DNA of 43,954 bases from an uncultured Acidobacteriota bacterium (GCA_964590285.1 CAZPWK010000001.1:1-43954); one strand, 5' to 3'. Shown: positions 8,036-16,400, numbered from the stretch's first letter. The notes: generated by a model not told the origin, from the sequence alone. Numbers and translations are program-made.

Positions 8036-9549
8036 GCGGCTCGGGCTCGGATTCCCGCGCGCGGGTCCCGGACCCGGGGGCTCGGTCCGGTCCCGCGCCG
8101 CGCCCGGGGCGCCGCCCGCCCGTCGATCACGAGGAGTCCGCCCCGGCCCGGTTGCGGACCCGTCCCGGCGTCGGCGCTCGCGGCGAGCAGCCTCGCCGTC
8201 TCGCACTCCACCGCGCTCGACCGGGACGCCGGCTCGAGCGCGGCCAGGAGCCCGCGCCGCGACGCCACGTCGAGCAGGAGCCCGAGGACCGCACGGGCGA
8301 CCGCGCCTGCGACCGGGCCCTCGGGGGCGGCGCCGTCCCGCTCCCGGTCCCAGACCGGGACGCCGCCGACGACGCGCAGGGGGAGCGCTCGCTGGAGGCG
8401 GTGCCGCTCGATCAGCGCCCCGGCCTCTTCGCCGGATTCCAGGAGCAGCCGCAGGACCGCGCGGGCGAGGCTCTCCTCTCCGCGCCCCCCGATTCTCAGC
8501 ACGGCGAGGCCGTGAACCCGCGCCAGGACCGTCGCCTCCTCGACGAGCCGAGCGGCCGGGCGGCGCGGTGCCGGAAGATCGAATCGCCGCCGCGCGCCGA
8601 GACGCGCAGCGTCGAGCGCCAGGCGGAGCGCGGCCCTCTCGGCGCGGCCGGGCGCCGGCGCGGGGCTCGCAAGGCGCCCCGTCCCGGGATCGAGGAGGCG
8701 CGCGGCCTCGGCCGCGGTCGAGGGGCGCTCGCTCCGATCGCGCGCGAGGAGCCGGGAAACCAGGCTCGCGAGCCGTCCGCCCGTGGCCGAGCGGAGCGCC
8801 TCGGGGGCCGGCCGCGGGCCGGCCAGGTGCCATCGGACGGCTTCCGCCGCGTTCGCGCCGTCGAAGGGGAGCCGCCCGAGCGCCAGGAGATGGAGGAGGA
8901 GCCCCAGGCCGTACAGGTCCGCGCGGGCGTCGAGCGGAAGCCCGAGGAGCGCCTCCGGCGAGAGATAGGGGACCGAGCCGCTGAACGCCCCGGGCGGCTC
9001 GCGGTGCCCCGCCTCGACCGCGAGGCCGAAGTCGGTGAGCTTGATGCGCGGGGCGCGTCCGGGCGCCAGCGAGACCAGCGCGTTGCCCGGCTTGACGTCG
9101 CGGTGGACGAGGCCCGAGCCGTGGACGTGGTCGAGGGCGCGGAGCAGACCGCGGGCGACGGCGAGGACCGCCCCGGGTTCCACGCGGCCGGGGGCGAGGG
9201 CGAGATGCGCGGGCCGGCCCGGGAAAAATTCCAGCACGAGGTAGGGGCGGCCCGCCGGGAACGGGCCGGCCCGTGCGCGGCCCAGGTCGAGCGCCCGCAC
9301 GACGTTCGGGTGGCGCAGGCGCGCCCAAGTCTCGAACTCGATCGAGAGGGGATGAGCCGGGCCCGCTCCGCCGCCTCCCTCGACGATCTTGACCGCGACC
9401 TCGCGCCGGGCGGCCGCATCGAAGGCGCGGAAAACGCTTCCCATCCCGCCGCTCCCGAGCCGCTCGAGGAGGAGGAACCGCCCGTCGAGCACGGGGGGGC
9501 GAGGCTCCGAGCGTGCGAGCGTCATGGCCTCGCGAACGTAGCGCGGCAT
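7993..9549 (-). CDS. Hanks-type Ser/Thr protein kinase, soluble, with an uncharacterised C-terminal region of about 230 aa
   Basis: ORF 7993..9549. Motifs seen: GSGGMGSVFRA (Gly loop), VAVKIV, HRDVKPGN, DFGLA, SVPYLSPE. No TM segment is present. The start could also be ATG 9525. The 3' end overlaps nrdJ by 43 nt. Confidence 0.8.
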   Translation of the reverse strand: MPRYVREAMTLARSEPRPPVLDGRFLLLERLGSGGMGSVFRAFDAAARREVAVKIVEGGGGAGPAHPLSIEFETWARLRHPNVVRALDLGRARAGPFPAGRPYLVLEFFPGRPAHLALAPGRVEPGAVLAVARGLLRALDHVHGSGLVHRDVKPGNALVSLAPGRAPRIKLTDFGLAVEAGHREPPGAFSGSVPYLSPEALLGLPLDARADLYGLGLLLHLLALGRLPFDGANAAEAVRWHLAGPRPAPEALRSATGGRLASLVSRLLARDRSERPSTAAEAARLLDPGTGRLASPAPAPGRAERAALRLALDAARLGARRRFDLPAPRRPAARLVEEATVLARVHGLAVLRIGGRGEESLARAVLRLLLESGEEAGALIERHRLQRALPLRVVGGVPVWDRERDGAAPEGPVAGAVARAVLGLLLDVASRRGLLAALEPASRSSAVECETARLLAASADAGTGPQPGRGGLLVIDGRAAPRARRGTGPSPRVRDPRAGIRARAAYEHPLVAPQLTQT

Positions 9550-9558
9550 CGCCGGGCC

Positions 9559-9587
9559 GGCAACGCTCCGCGCGAAGCGGCGTTGCC
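9559..9587. promoter_or_regulatory. Inverted repeat in the kinase / secreted-protein divergent intergenic region
   Basis: GGCAACGC (9559-9566) and GCGTTGCC (9580-9587) are perfect reverse complements separated by 13 nt. This could be an operator or an RNA hairpin. Confidence 0.3.
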
Positions 9588-9604
9588 GCGATTGCGCGCC
9601 GAGG

Positions 9605-9631
9605 TTGTCCCCGCGGGAGAAAGGGTATATT
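9605..9631 (+). promoter_or_regulatory. Possible promoter for the 9651 gene
   Basis: TATATT (9626-9631) is an isolated AT hexamer 20 nt before the ATG. The best -35 candidate is TTGTCC (9605-9610), but the spacer is only 15 nt. Confidence 0.25.
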
Positions 9632-9650
9632 GGCCCCGGAGGACCCGCTC

Positions 9651-10688
9651 ATGCGAGACGCCCGAACCGCCGCGGCGCTGGCCGCGCTCGTCCTCGCGAT
9701 CGGGGCGGCGCCCCCGCCCGCCCCCGCGCCGGAGCGGCTGCCGCGGATCGCCGCCGCCCTCGCCGGCCACCTCGGCGGCCTCGCCGTGAAGCTGCCCGAC
9801 GGTTCCGAGGCGCAGGTCTTCGGCGCCCCGCCGGCGGTCCTCGACGAGGCGCGGCTCCTGACCTGCCTCGAGACGATCGGCGAGGCGGGCGGGTGGCCCG
9901 AGGCCTGGCTCGTCGTGCAGGACGCCTCGAGGACCTACGACGTCGTCCTGCGGGTGGCGCTCTCCGAGAGCGGCGAGCCGCTTCCCCCCGAGCCGGTCTT
10001 CGCGACGCCCAGGCGGGAATGGGACGCCGACTCCATCGAGGAGGCCCTTCGCGAGGCGACCGGGAAGAGGCCGCCCCGGCAGCGGGAGCGGAACGTCGTC
10101 ATCCAGGGCTTCCGGACGCGGATCGAGACGACGTACGTGTACGAGGCCCCGAAGACGGGGCGCGAGCCCGGCGGCCTGATGTCCCTGCTCCCGCCGGGCG
10201 CGGTGCTCCGCGAGGCGCGCGCCGTGGACCTGGGCGACGGCCGGCCGCACACCCTCGCGATCGTGCTCGAGGAGGGGCGATTCGTCCCCTCCGCCTGCTC
10301 CGGCTGCGCGTCGCGCATCCTCGGCCACGCCGACACCGGGCGGATCGGCCTGGTGCTCGCGGGCGCGAAGGGGATCGAGGACCGTCTCGACCTGACGACG
10401 CTCCTTCGGGGCGTCGGCGAGGGGGCCCTGCTTCCCCGCTTCGCCTGCGAGCCGGGGGACGAGTCCCCGGGCGAGGGGGACCGGGACTACGCCGAGCGGT
10501 TCGCGGGTCGGGAGCCCACCCGGCTGATCGCGCTCGAGGACCGGACCGGCGACGGGTCTCCGCTCGAGATCGAGATCGTCTCCGAGTTCATCGACTGCGG
10601 GCGGCACGCGTCGCTGGTGGTCGGCGTCGATCCCGGGAAGCGCAAGCTGCGCGTTCTCTTCGAGAAGCTCGTCCGGGGCGGAGGCTAG
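9651..10688 (+). CDS. Hypothetical exported protein (345 aa), no family recognised
   Basis: Part of ORF 9513..10688, trimmed to ATG 9651, which sits 7 nt after GGAGGA (9638-9643). The signal-peptide-like N-terminus is MRDARTAAALAALVLAIGAAPPPAPA. Composition is balanced and GC3 is high. Confidence 0.6.
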   Translation: MRDARTAAALAALVLAIGAAPPPAPAPERLPRIAAALAGHLGGLAVKLPDGSEAQVFGAPPAVLDEARLLTCLETIGEAGGWPEAWLVVQDASRTYDVVLRVALSESGEPLPPEPVFATPRREWDADSIEEALREATGKRPPRQRERNVVIQGFRTRIETTYVYEAPKTGREPGGLMSLLPPGAVLREARAVDLGDGRPHTLAIVLEEGRFVPSACSGCASRILGHADTGRIGLVLAGAKGIEDRLDLTTLLRGVGEGALLPRFACEPGDESPGEGDRDYAERFAGREPTRLIALEDRTGDGSPLEIEIVSEFIDCGRHASLVVGVDPGKRKLRVLFEKLVRGGG

Positions 10689-10715
10689 CCCGGGCGCCGG
10701 TGGGCTCGATCCGGG

Positions 10716-11834
10716 TCAGCCCAGGGTCTCGACCCGCACCGCGCGGGGCTCGCCGGGATCGGGGGGCGGGGGAGGGACGGGCGGCTCCCCGTCGACGAGC
10801 CAGCGGCAGAGCGCCTCGGTCGCGGGCCGGTCGCCCCGCGAGAGCCATTCCTCGAGCTCTCCCTCGGGCGGCGCGCCCCACTCCCTCGGGTCGTCGGAGT
10901 TGGTCGCGTCGAGCCCCGCCCCGCGGCGGAAGCGACGGAAGAAGTCCTGGTGGAAGGTCAGGAACCTCCTCGTGCGCCCGCGCCCCTTCTCGTCGTCGCG
11001 GAACAGGTCCCTGCAGAGCTCGACGTAGCGGCGGACGACCGCGAGCCGCTCCTCGGGGCCCGGCACGATGTCCCTCCGCTCGGCGTACTCGCGGAAGAGC
11101 CACGGCTTCGCCAGCGCCCACCGCCCGACCATGACCGCCGCGCAGCCCGTTTCCTCCCGCCGCCCGACGGCGTCCCGCCAGGTCATGACGTCGCCGTTCC
11201 CGACGACGGGGACGGGGACGGCCGAGACGAGGTCGCGGACGGCGGTCCAGTCGGCGGGCTTCCGGTAGCGCTGCATGCGGCTCCTGGGATGGAGGACCAC
11301 GGCGTCCACCCCGGCCTCCCGGGCGGCGAGCGCCACCTTGAGGAACGTCGGCTTCTCGCTCGACCAGCCGAGACGGAGCTTCACCGTGACGGGGACCGCG
11401 ACCGCTGCCTTCATGGCGGCCACGATCGCGGCGACCCGGGAGGCCCGTCCGAGGAGCGCGGCGCCGAACCCGCGCCGCGTGACGTCGTCCGTCGGGCAGC
11501 CGACGTTGACGTCCACGAAGTCGGCTCCCGCGCCCTCCGCGATCCTCGCGGCCTCGGCCATCGTGGCCGGGTCCTTGCCGGCGAGCTGGACGCCGAACGC
11601 CCGCTCCTCGGGGTGCCGCCGGAGGAGCGCCATCTCCGCCCGGTCGCGCTGGACCACCTTGTGGGCCCAGGCCATCTCGGAGACGGCGACCTCGCACCCC
11701 CACTCCGCCGCGAGGCGGCGGAAGGGGAGGTCCGTTCCGCGGGCCATGGGAGCCATGACGAGGCGGCCGGTGAAGAGATCGTCCGCGGAGCGCATCGAGA
11801 GGGCCCTCGCGATCGGCGGCGAACCGAAGGTCAC
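10716..11834 (-). CDS. dus: tRNA-dihydrouridine synthase family protein
   Basis: Part of ORF 10716..11966. Motifs seen: MAPMARGTDLPFRRL, VDVNVGCP, VTVKLRLG, VLHPRSR, VVGNGDV. I set the start at GTG 11834, which overlaps the xseB stop (GTGA). ATG 11795 is an alternative. Confidence 0.8.
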   Translation of the reverse strand: MTFGSPPIARALSMRSADDLFTGRLVMAPMARGTDLPFRRLAAEWGCEVAVSEMAWAHKVVQRDRAEMALLRRHPEERAFGVQLAGKDPATMAEAARIAEGAGADFVDVNVGCPTDDVTRRGFGAALLGRASRVAAIVAAMKAAVAVPVTVKLRLGWSSEKPTFLKVALAAREAGVDAVVLHPRSRMQRYRKPADWTAVRDLVSAVPVPVVGNGDVMTWRDAVGRREETGCAAVMVGRWALAKPWLFREYAERRDIVPGPEERLAVVRRYVELCRDLFRDDEKGRGRTRRFLTFHQDFFRRFRRGAGLDATNSDDPREWGAPPEGELEEWLSRGDRPATEALCRWLVDGEPPVPPPPPDPGEPRAVRVETLG

Positions 11835-12115
11835 AGAAGCCGTTCCTCGGCGGCGCTCCCCGTGACGGCGTTCGCCGCCGCCGTCTCCTCGCCCGGAGAC
11901 TCCCGCTCGAGCTGCTCGGTGATGGTCCGGACCTGGATCTCCGCCGCCCGGATCTTGCCGCGGCACAGCGTCACGAGGCCGGCCGCCTCCTTCACGAGGC
12001 CCGACAGCTCGTCGATGTCCACCTCGCCCTCCTCGATCCGCCTGAGGATCTCCTCGAGCCGCCTCGACGCGTCTCCGTAAGAGGGCGCCTTCGGGGTCTT
12101 CGCCGGCTTCGCCAT
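11831..12115 (-). CDS. xseB: Exodeoxyribonuclease VII small subunit
   Basis: ORF 11831..12115, 94 aa. The helical-hairpin pattern SYGDASRRLEEILRRIEEGEVDIDELSGLVKEAAGLVTLCRGKIRAAEIQV is typical of XseB. It lies 4 nt downstream of xseA. Confidence 0.85.
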   Translation of the reverse strand: MAKPAKTPKAPSYGDASRRLEEILRRIEEGEVDIDELSGLVKEAAGLVTLCRGKIRAAEIQVRTITEQLERESPGEETAAANAVTGSAAEERLL

Positions 12116-12119
12116 GATC

Positions 12120-13838
12120 TCACTCTCCTCCCTCGGGCTCGGGCCCTTCCGAACGCAACCGCAGCCTGCCCCGCCGGAGCTCCGCCAGGACCTCCGCTCC
12201 CGCGGGCGCGGCGTCCGCCTCGGCGATCGCTCGCCCCGAGGCGGTCCTGAGGATCGCGTATCCCCGCTCGACGACGCGCCGCGGGTCCAGCAGGTGGAGC
12301 CTGCGCGCGCGAGCCTCGAGCCGCTCGGTCTCGATCGCCAGGCGCCGGAGCCCCCTCGGGGCGATCCCGGCGAGCGCGCCGGCGATCCTCCGCCCCGCGG
12401 ACGCGACGTCGCGGAGGGAGCCCTGGACGAGCTGCCGCACCGCCTGCTCGAGGGCGGCGCGGCGCCTCTCGACGAGGAGCGCCGCGGCCCGCGGCGCGGC
12501 GGCGGAGCGCCGCGCGAGGTCGGCCCCGGCCGTCGCGACGAGCGCGCGCACGGACCGCGCGAGCCGCCCCGATCGCTCCGCGTGCGTCCGCCGTTCCTCG
12601 GCGATCGAGCCGGCGGCGGCCTCGAGAACCGACCGGGCGATCTCCTCCGTCCTCTCGATCGAGGCGCGCACCCGGTCGACGAGGAAGGCCGCGGCGGCGG
12701 TCGGGGTCTTGCAGCGCCAGCCGACCGAGTCGAGCACCGACACGTCCTGCTCGTGGCCGATGCCGATCACGACCGGGATCGGAAACGTCGCGACCGCGCG
12801 CCCGAGCGGCTCCGAATCGAGCCAGGCGAGGTCGGTCCGCGATCCTCCGCCGCGGCAGATCAGCACGACGTCGAAGTCGCCGGCGCGGTCGCGGAACCAG
12901 TCGAGCGCGTTCAGCACGGAGGGCTCGGTCGAGCGGCCCTGGACGCGGGCGCCGTGGGCGGCGACGCGGAACGCGAACCCGGACTCCTCGAGCGTGCGGA
13001 GGACGTCGCGGTAGGCGTCCGAGCCGAGGCTCGTCACGAGCCCGACGCGGAGCGGGACCTCGGGGAAGGGGAGCGACGTGTTGCGCCCGACGAGCCCCTG
13101 CTCGACGAGCCTCCGGACGATCTCCTCCCGGCGCCTCGCCGCCTCGCCCAGCGTGTAGCTCGGGTCGAGCTCCGTCACCCGGAAGCGGAACTGCCCCCAG
13201 GGCTCGTAGAGCTCGACGCTCCCTCGGACGCGGACGAGGATCTCGTCCTCGAGCCGGAACGGGGATCCGGCCCGCTCGAGCCCGGCCTCGATCTCGCGGC
13301 GCGCTTCCTCGAAGAGCACCGCGTTCACCTCGGCGAGGGACCTTCCGCCCTCGTCCCGCTCGACGAGGTGGAAGCCGACGATCCGCCGGTGCGCGCTCTT
13401 GTTGAATCCGCTGATCTCGCCGACGAGCCAGAGCGGCGCGGGGAAGGCCAGGGCGAGCGCGCGGCGCGCCTCGGCGTTCAGCCTCGAGACCGTGAGATCG
13501 CCGCGAGAGCCGGGGTCGGCGGGCGGGGGAGGCCCCTCCGCCGGGTCGCCGAAGGGGAGGAGAGGGGCCCCGCCGGCGTCGTCGCCGGCAGCCGGGAACG
13601 CCGACGGGCTCCCGCCGCGGCCGAGGTAGAGGCGGCGCGTCTCCCGGTCGAACTCGAACCCCTCGGCGGCGAGGAGGTCGACGAGCGCGACCACGTGCCG
13701 GTCCGGCACGACCCAGTACTTTCCGTCCGAGTGCCAGCGCCTCCCGGGCAGGTTCTTGACGAGTTCCACCAGCCGGCGGTCGTACGCGAACCGCACCCTC
13801 AGGGCGTCGCGGCCGTCGTGGTCGACCTTCCGGCTCAT
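12120..13838 (-). CDS. xseA: Exodeoxyribonuclease VII large subunit with an extra N-terminal module of about 115 aa
   Basis: ORF 12120..13838. The OB-fold block LTVSRLN...LWLVGEISGF starts at about residue 115. The catalytic region contains RVGLVTS, ICRGGGS..DL and IGIGHEQD. A long C-terminal coiled coil follows. Confidence 0.85.
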   Translation of the reverse strand: MSRKVDHDGRDALRVRFAYDRRLVELVKNLPGRRWHSDGKYWVVPDRHVVALVDLLAAEGFEFDRETRRLYLGRGGSPSAFPAAGDDAGGAPLLPFGDPAEGPPPPADPGSRGDLTVSRLNAEARRALALAFPAPLWLVGEISGFNKSAHRRIVGFHLVERDEGGRSLAEVNAVLFEEARREIEAGLERAGSPFRLEDEILVRVRGSVELYEPWGQFRFRVTELDPSYTLGEAARRREEIVRRLVEQGLVGRNTSLPFPEVPLRVGLVTSLGSDAYRDVLRTLEESGFAFRVAAHGARVQGRSTEPSVLNALDWFRDRAGDFDVVLICRGGGSRTDLAWLDSEPLGRAVATFPIPVVIGIGHEQDVSVLDSVGWRCKTPTAAAAFLVDRVRASIERTEEIARSVLEAAAGSIAEERRTHAERSGRLARSVRALVATAGADLARRSAAAPRAAALLVERRRAALEQAVRQLVQGSLRDVASAGRRIAGALAGIAPRGLRRLAIETERLEARARRLHLLDPRRVVERGYAILRTASGRAIAEADAAPAGAEVLAELRRGRLRLRSEGPEPEGGE

Positions 13839-14006
13839 GCGGGCGAGACCCTCGTCGAATCGGGACCGATCGGCCGGCGTACTGTAGCAGCTTCGGGGAC
13901 CGGGGCCGAAAACGAGACAAACGACGTCCCCTTAGCCGATTCCGGGCGCTTGACCTGGGTCGCAGCGCCGGGTTTCGCGCGCTCCCCCGCTGCGGTATGT
14001 TGGTCG

Positions 14007-14039
14007 CCCGCTTCCCGGTCGGCCGACGGGAAAGGCGGG
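14007..14039 (+). promoter_or_regulatory. Imperfect stem-loop of about 13 bp in the ferredoxin 5' leader
   Basis: CCCGCTTCCCGGTC-GGCC-GACGGGAAAGGCGGG. The arms pair with two small bulges. It ends 35 nt before ATG 14075. Confidence 0.25.
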
Positions 14040-14074
14040 ACGCGTCATCCGGCGGCCGAAGAGGAGAACGTTCC

Positions 14075-14266
14075 ATGGCGATGAAGATCACCGAAGAGTG
14101 CATCAACTGCGGCGCTTGCGAGCCCGAGTGCCCCCGCGAGGCGATCGCCGAAGGGGAGGATCGCTACGTGATCGACGCCGCGAAGTGCACCGAGTGCGCC
14201 GAGGAAGAGGGCGGGAGCAAGTGCGTGCCGGTCTGTCCGGTCGACTGCATCGTGAAGATCGAGTAG
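14075..14266 (+). CDS. 2x[4Fe-4S] ferredoxin (63 aa)
   Basis: Part of ORF 13997..14266, trimmed to ATG 14075, which sits 8 nt after GAGGAG (14061-14066). Cluster motifs seen: CINCGACEPECP and CTEC...CVPVCP. Confidence 0.85.
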   Translation: MAMKITEECINCGACEPECPREAIAEGEDRYVIDAAKCTECAEEEGGSKCVPVCPVDCIVKIE

Positions 14267-14274
14267 CGGGACGC

Positions 14275-14320
14275 CCGTTCCGGACGAACGGACGGCGGGG
14301 GGCGGGGGTTCTCCCCGCCC
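14275..14320. terminator. Two tandem GC hairpins between the convergent ferredoxin and cysteine desulfurase genes
   Basis: The first is CCGTTC-cggac-GAACGG (14275-14291). The second is GGGCGGGG-gttct-CCCCGCCC (14300-14320), followed by TCGCCGTCTTC. There is no clean U-tract. Confidence 0.4.
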
Positions 14321-14329
14321 TCGCCGTCT

Positions 14330-15481
14330 TCAGGCGCAGGACCCGGGCGGCGGGGCGGAACGGGCCGCCTCCGCGATCCGGGCCGCGGCGAGATCGACTT
14401 CCCCGGTCGTCGTCGAGCGGCCGGTGCTCAGACGCAGGGTCGAGCGCGCGGCCTCCGCGCCGATCCCCATCGCCAGCAGGACTCGCGAAGGCTCCGTCCC
14501 CCCCGCGTGGCACGCGGCGCCGGCCGAGGCCGCGACCCCGTCGAGCCGCGCGAGGAGCCGGTTCGCGTCCGCGCCCGGGATCGCGACGGACAGCGTGTTC
14601 GGCAGGCGCTCCGCCCCCGCCCCGTGCACGACGATTCCCGGAATCCGCTCCCCGAGAGCCCGCTCGAGCCGGTCGCGGGTCGCGAGGAGCCGCTCCGAGC
14701 GCTCCTCGGACTCGGCGAGCGCGAGCGCGGAGGCCGCGCCGAGCGCCGCGATCCCCGGAACGTTCTCGGTGCCCGCCCGGCGGCCCGCCTCCTGTCCTCC
14801 GCCGACGAGGAGCGGCTCGAACGGCGTGCCGCGCCGGACGTAGAGGGCTCCCACTCCCTTCGGGGCGTAGAGCTTGTGGCCGGCCACGGTCAGGAGATCG
14901 ACGCCGAGATCGTCGACGCGGACGGGGATCTTCCCCACCGACTGCGCGGCGTCCGTGTGAACCGCGATCCCCCGTGCGCGGGCGAGACGGGCCACCTCGC
15001 GCACCGGCTGGATCACGCCGGTCTCGTGGTTCGCGTGCATCACCGAGACGAGCACCGTGTCCGGCGCGAGCGAGCGCTCCAGCTCGTCGAGCCGGATCCG
15101 TCCCGATCCGTCCACCCCGACCCGAACCGCCGTGAAGCCCCGCCGCTCGAGCCTCCGGACCGCGGCCTCGATCGCGGGATGCTCGATCGCGGACAGGACG
15201 ATCCTCCGCCCTCGCTCCGCCAGCGCGGCGGCGACGCCCAGGACGGCGGCGTTGTCGGACTCGGTCCCTCCGCCGGTGAACACGACGTCGCCCGGCTCTG
15301 CCCCCAGGAGCTCCGCGAGCTGCTCCCGCGCCCTCTCGACCATCCTCCGCGCGCGGGCGCCGTGCGCGTGCGCCGACGACGGGTTCCCCCAGGCGAGGCG
15401 GGCGGCCTCGTCCATCGCGAGGCGCGCCTCCTCCGCGACCGGCGTCGTCGCGTTGAAGTCCAGGTAGATCGGATCGGTCAT
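14330..15481 (-). CDS. Cysteine desulfurase (NifS/IscS-type class V aminotransferase)
   Basis: This is the last 383 codons of ORF 14330..16345, starting at ATG 15481 (MTDPIYLDFNATTP). Motifs seen: FTGGGTESDN, HANHETG, DAAQSVGK, AGHKLYAPKGVGALYV (PLP lysine), SAGAACH (catalytic Cys loop). Confidence 0.85.
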   Translation of the reverse strand: MTDPIYLDFNATTPVAEEARLAMDEAARLAWGNPSSAHAHGARARRMVERAREQLAELLGAEPGDVVFTGGGTESDNAAVLGVAAALAERGRRIVLSAIEHPAIEAAVRRLERRGFTAVRVGVDGSGRIRLDELERSLAPDTVLVSVMHANHETGVIQPVREVARLARARGIAVHTDAAQSVGKIPVRVDDLGVDLLTVAGHKLYAPKGVGALYVRRGTPFEPLLVGGGQEAGRRAGTENVPGIAALGAASALALAESEERSERLLATRDRLERALGERIPGIVVHGAGAERLPNTLSVAIPGADANRLLARLDGVAASAGAACHAGGTEPSRVLLAMGIGAEAARSTLRLSTGRSTTTGEVDLAAARIAEAARSAPPPGSCA

Positions 15482-15601
15482 CGGTTTCGACTCCGGCCCC
15501 TCGGTCCGCTTCGCCCCGATTATGGGCCAGCCCGCCCCTGTTCGCCGCGCCGGGTTCGGACTAGACTCGCGTCGCGTTCCGACCTTCCCGGGGAGGCCGC
15601 G

Positions 15602-16150
15602 GTGAGAGATCCCGACGTCGAGCGTCTCGAGGTCCGTCCGGTCCACGAGGGCCGCGTCGTGCGCCTGTACGTGGAGCGCGTGCGCCTGCCGAACGGGAAC
15701 GTGTGCGAGCTCGAGATCGTCCGCCATCCCGGGGCGGCGGCCGTCGTGCCGGTGGACGCGGACGGCCGCGTCCTGCTGGTCCGCCAGTACCGGCACGCGG
15801 CGGGGGGTTACCTGCTCGAGGTGCCCGCCGGCAAGCTGGACCCCGGGGAGCCGCCCGACGAGTGCGCCCGGCGCGAGGTCGAGGAGGAGACGGGCCACCG
15901 GGCGGGCCGGCTCGACTCGCTCGGCTGGATCCACACGACTCCCGGATTCAGCGACGAGAAGATCTGGCTGTTCCTCGCGACCGGTCTCGAGAAGACCCGG
16001 CAGCGACTCCAGGCCGACGAGGTCCTCACCGTCGAGAAGGTGCCGCTGTCGGACGCCCTGGAGATGGCCGTCTCCGGCGGCATCGCGGACGCGAAATCGG
16101 TCTGCGCGATCGCCCGCGCCGCATCGAGGCTCGGGCGCGCTCCGGGCTGA
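15602..16150 (+). CDS. NUDIX hydrolase (ADP-ribose pyrophosphatase-like)
   Basis: This is the last 182 codons of ORF 14507..16150. GTG 15602 sits 5 nt after GGAGG (15592-15596). The Nudix box is GKLDPGEPPDECARREVEEETG. Confidence 0.8.
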   Translation: MRDPDVERLEVRPVHEGRVVRLYVERVRLPNGNVCELEIVRHPGAAAVVPVDADGRVLLVRQYRHAAGGYLLEVPAGKLDPGEPPDECARREVEEETGHRAGRLDSLGWIHTTPGFSDEKIWLFLATGLEKTRQRLQADEVLTVEKVPLSDALEMAVSGGIADAKSVCAIARAASRLGRAPG

Positions 16151-16188
16151 AAAAGACGGCCCGCTCCACCGGGGGAGAGGAGCGGGCC
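16151..16188 (-). terminator. Canonical intrinsic terminator reading on the minus strand
   Basis: GGCCCGCTCC (16158-16167) and GGAGCGGGCC (16179-16188) form a perfect 10-bp stem with an 11-nt loop. On the minus strand the stem is followed by GUCUUUUUC (complement of AAAAAGAC, 16150-16157). It abuts the NUDIX stop. Confidence 0.5.
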
Positions 16189-16400
16189 CTCGAGAGGAGG
16201 AAGAGGCCGAGAATCCAAGATCGGCTCTCTTCGTGCAGAGCAGCAACGCGTGTGCCATCCTCCGCGCCTCGGAATCGCGGCGTCCCGGCTTGCGATCCGG
16301 GCGATTTCCCGGGACGCTGGGGGTCGCGCCGACACCGCGTGTCATGGTCCGTGCCCCGTTTGGGCAGGGGCGAGGGCCGCGCCGGCACGCGCCGGCCCGG

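Noticed and set aside
5081-9789. Very long ORFs at 5081..9652 (-), 1523 aa, and 5113..9789 (+), 1558 aa. They span nrdJ and the kinase.
   Set aside because: Their translations are Arg/Pro/Gly/Ala low-complexity with no motifs. They are antisense or out of frame relative to genes with unmistakable family signatures. Stop-codon depletion in very GC-rich DNA produces ORFs like these.
11992-14106. ORFs 11992..14106 (-), 704 aa, and 12114..14084 (+), 656 aa.
   Set aside because: They are out of frame or antisense to xseA/xseB, which show canonical ExoVII motifs. Their composition is typical of GC artefacts.
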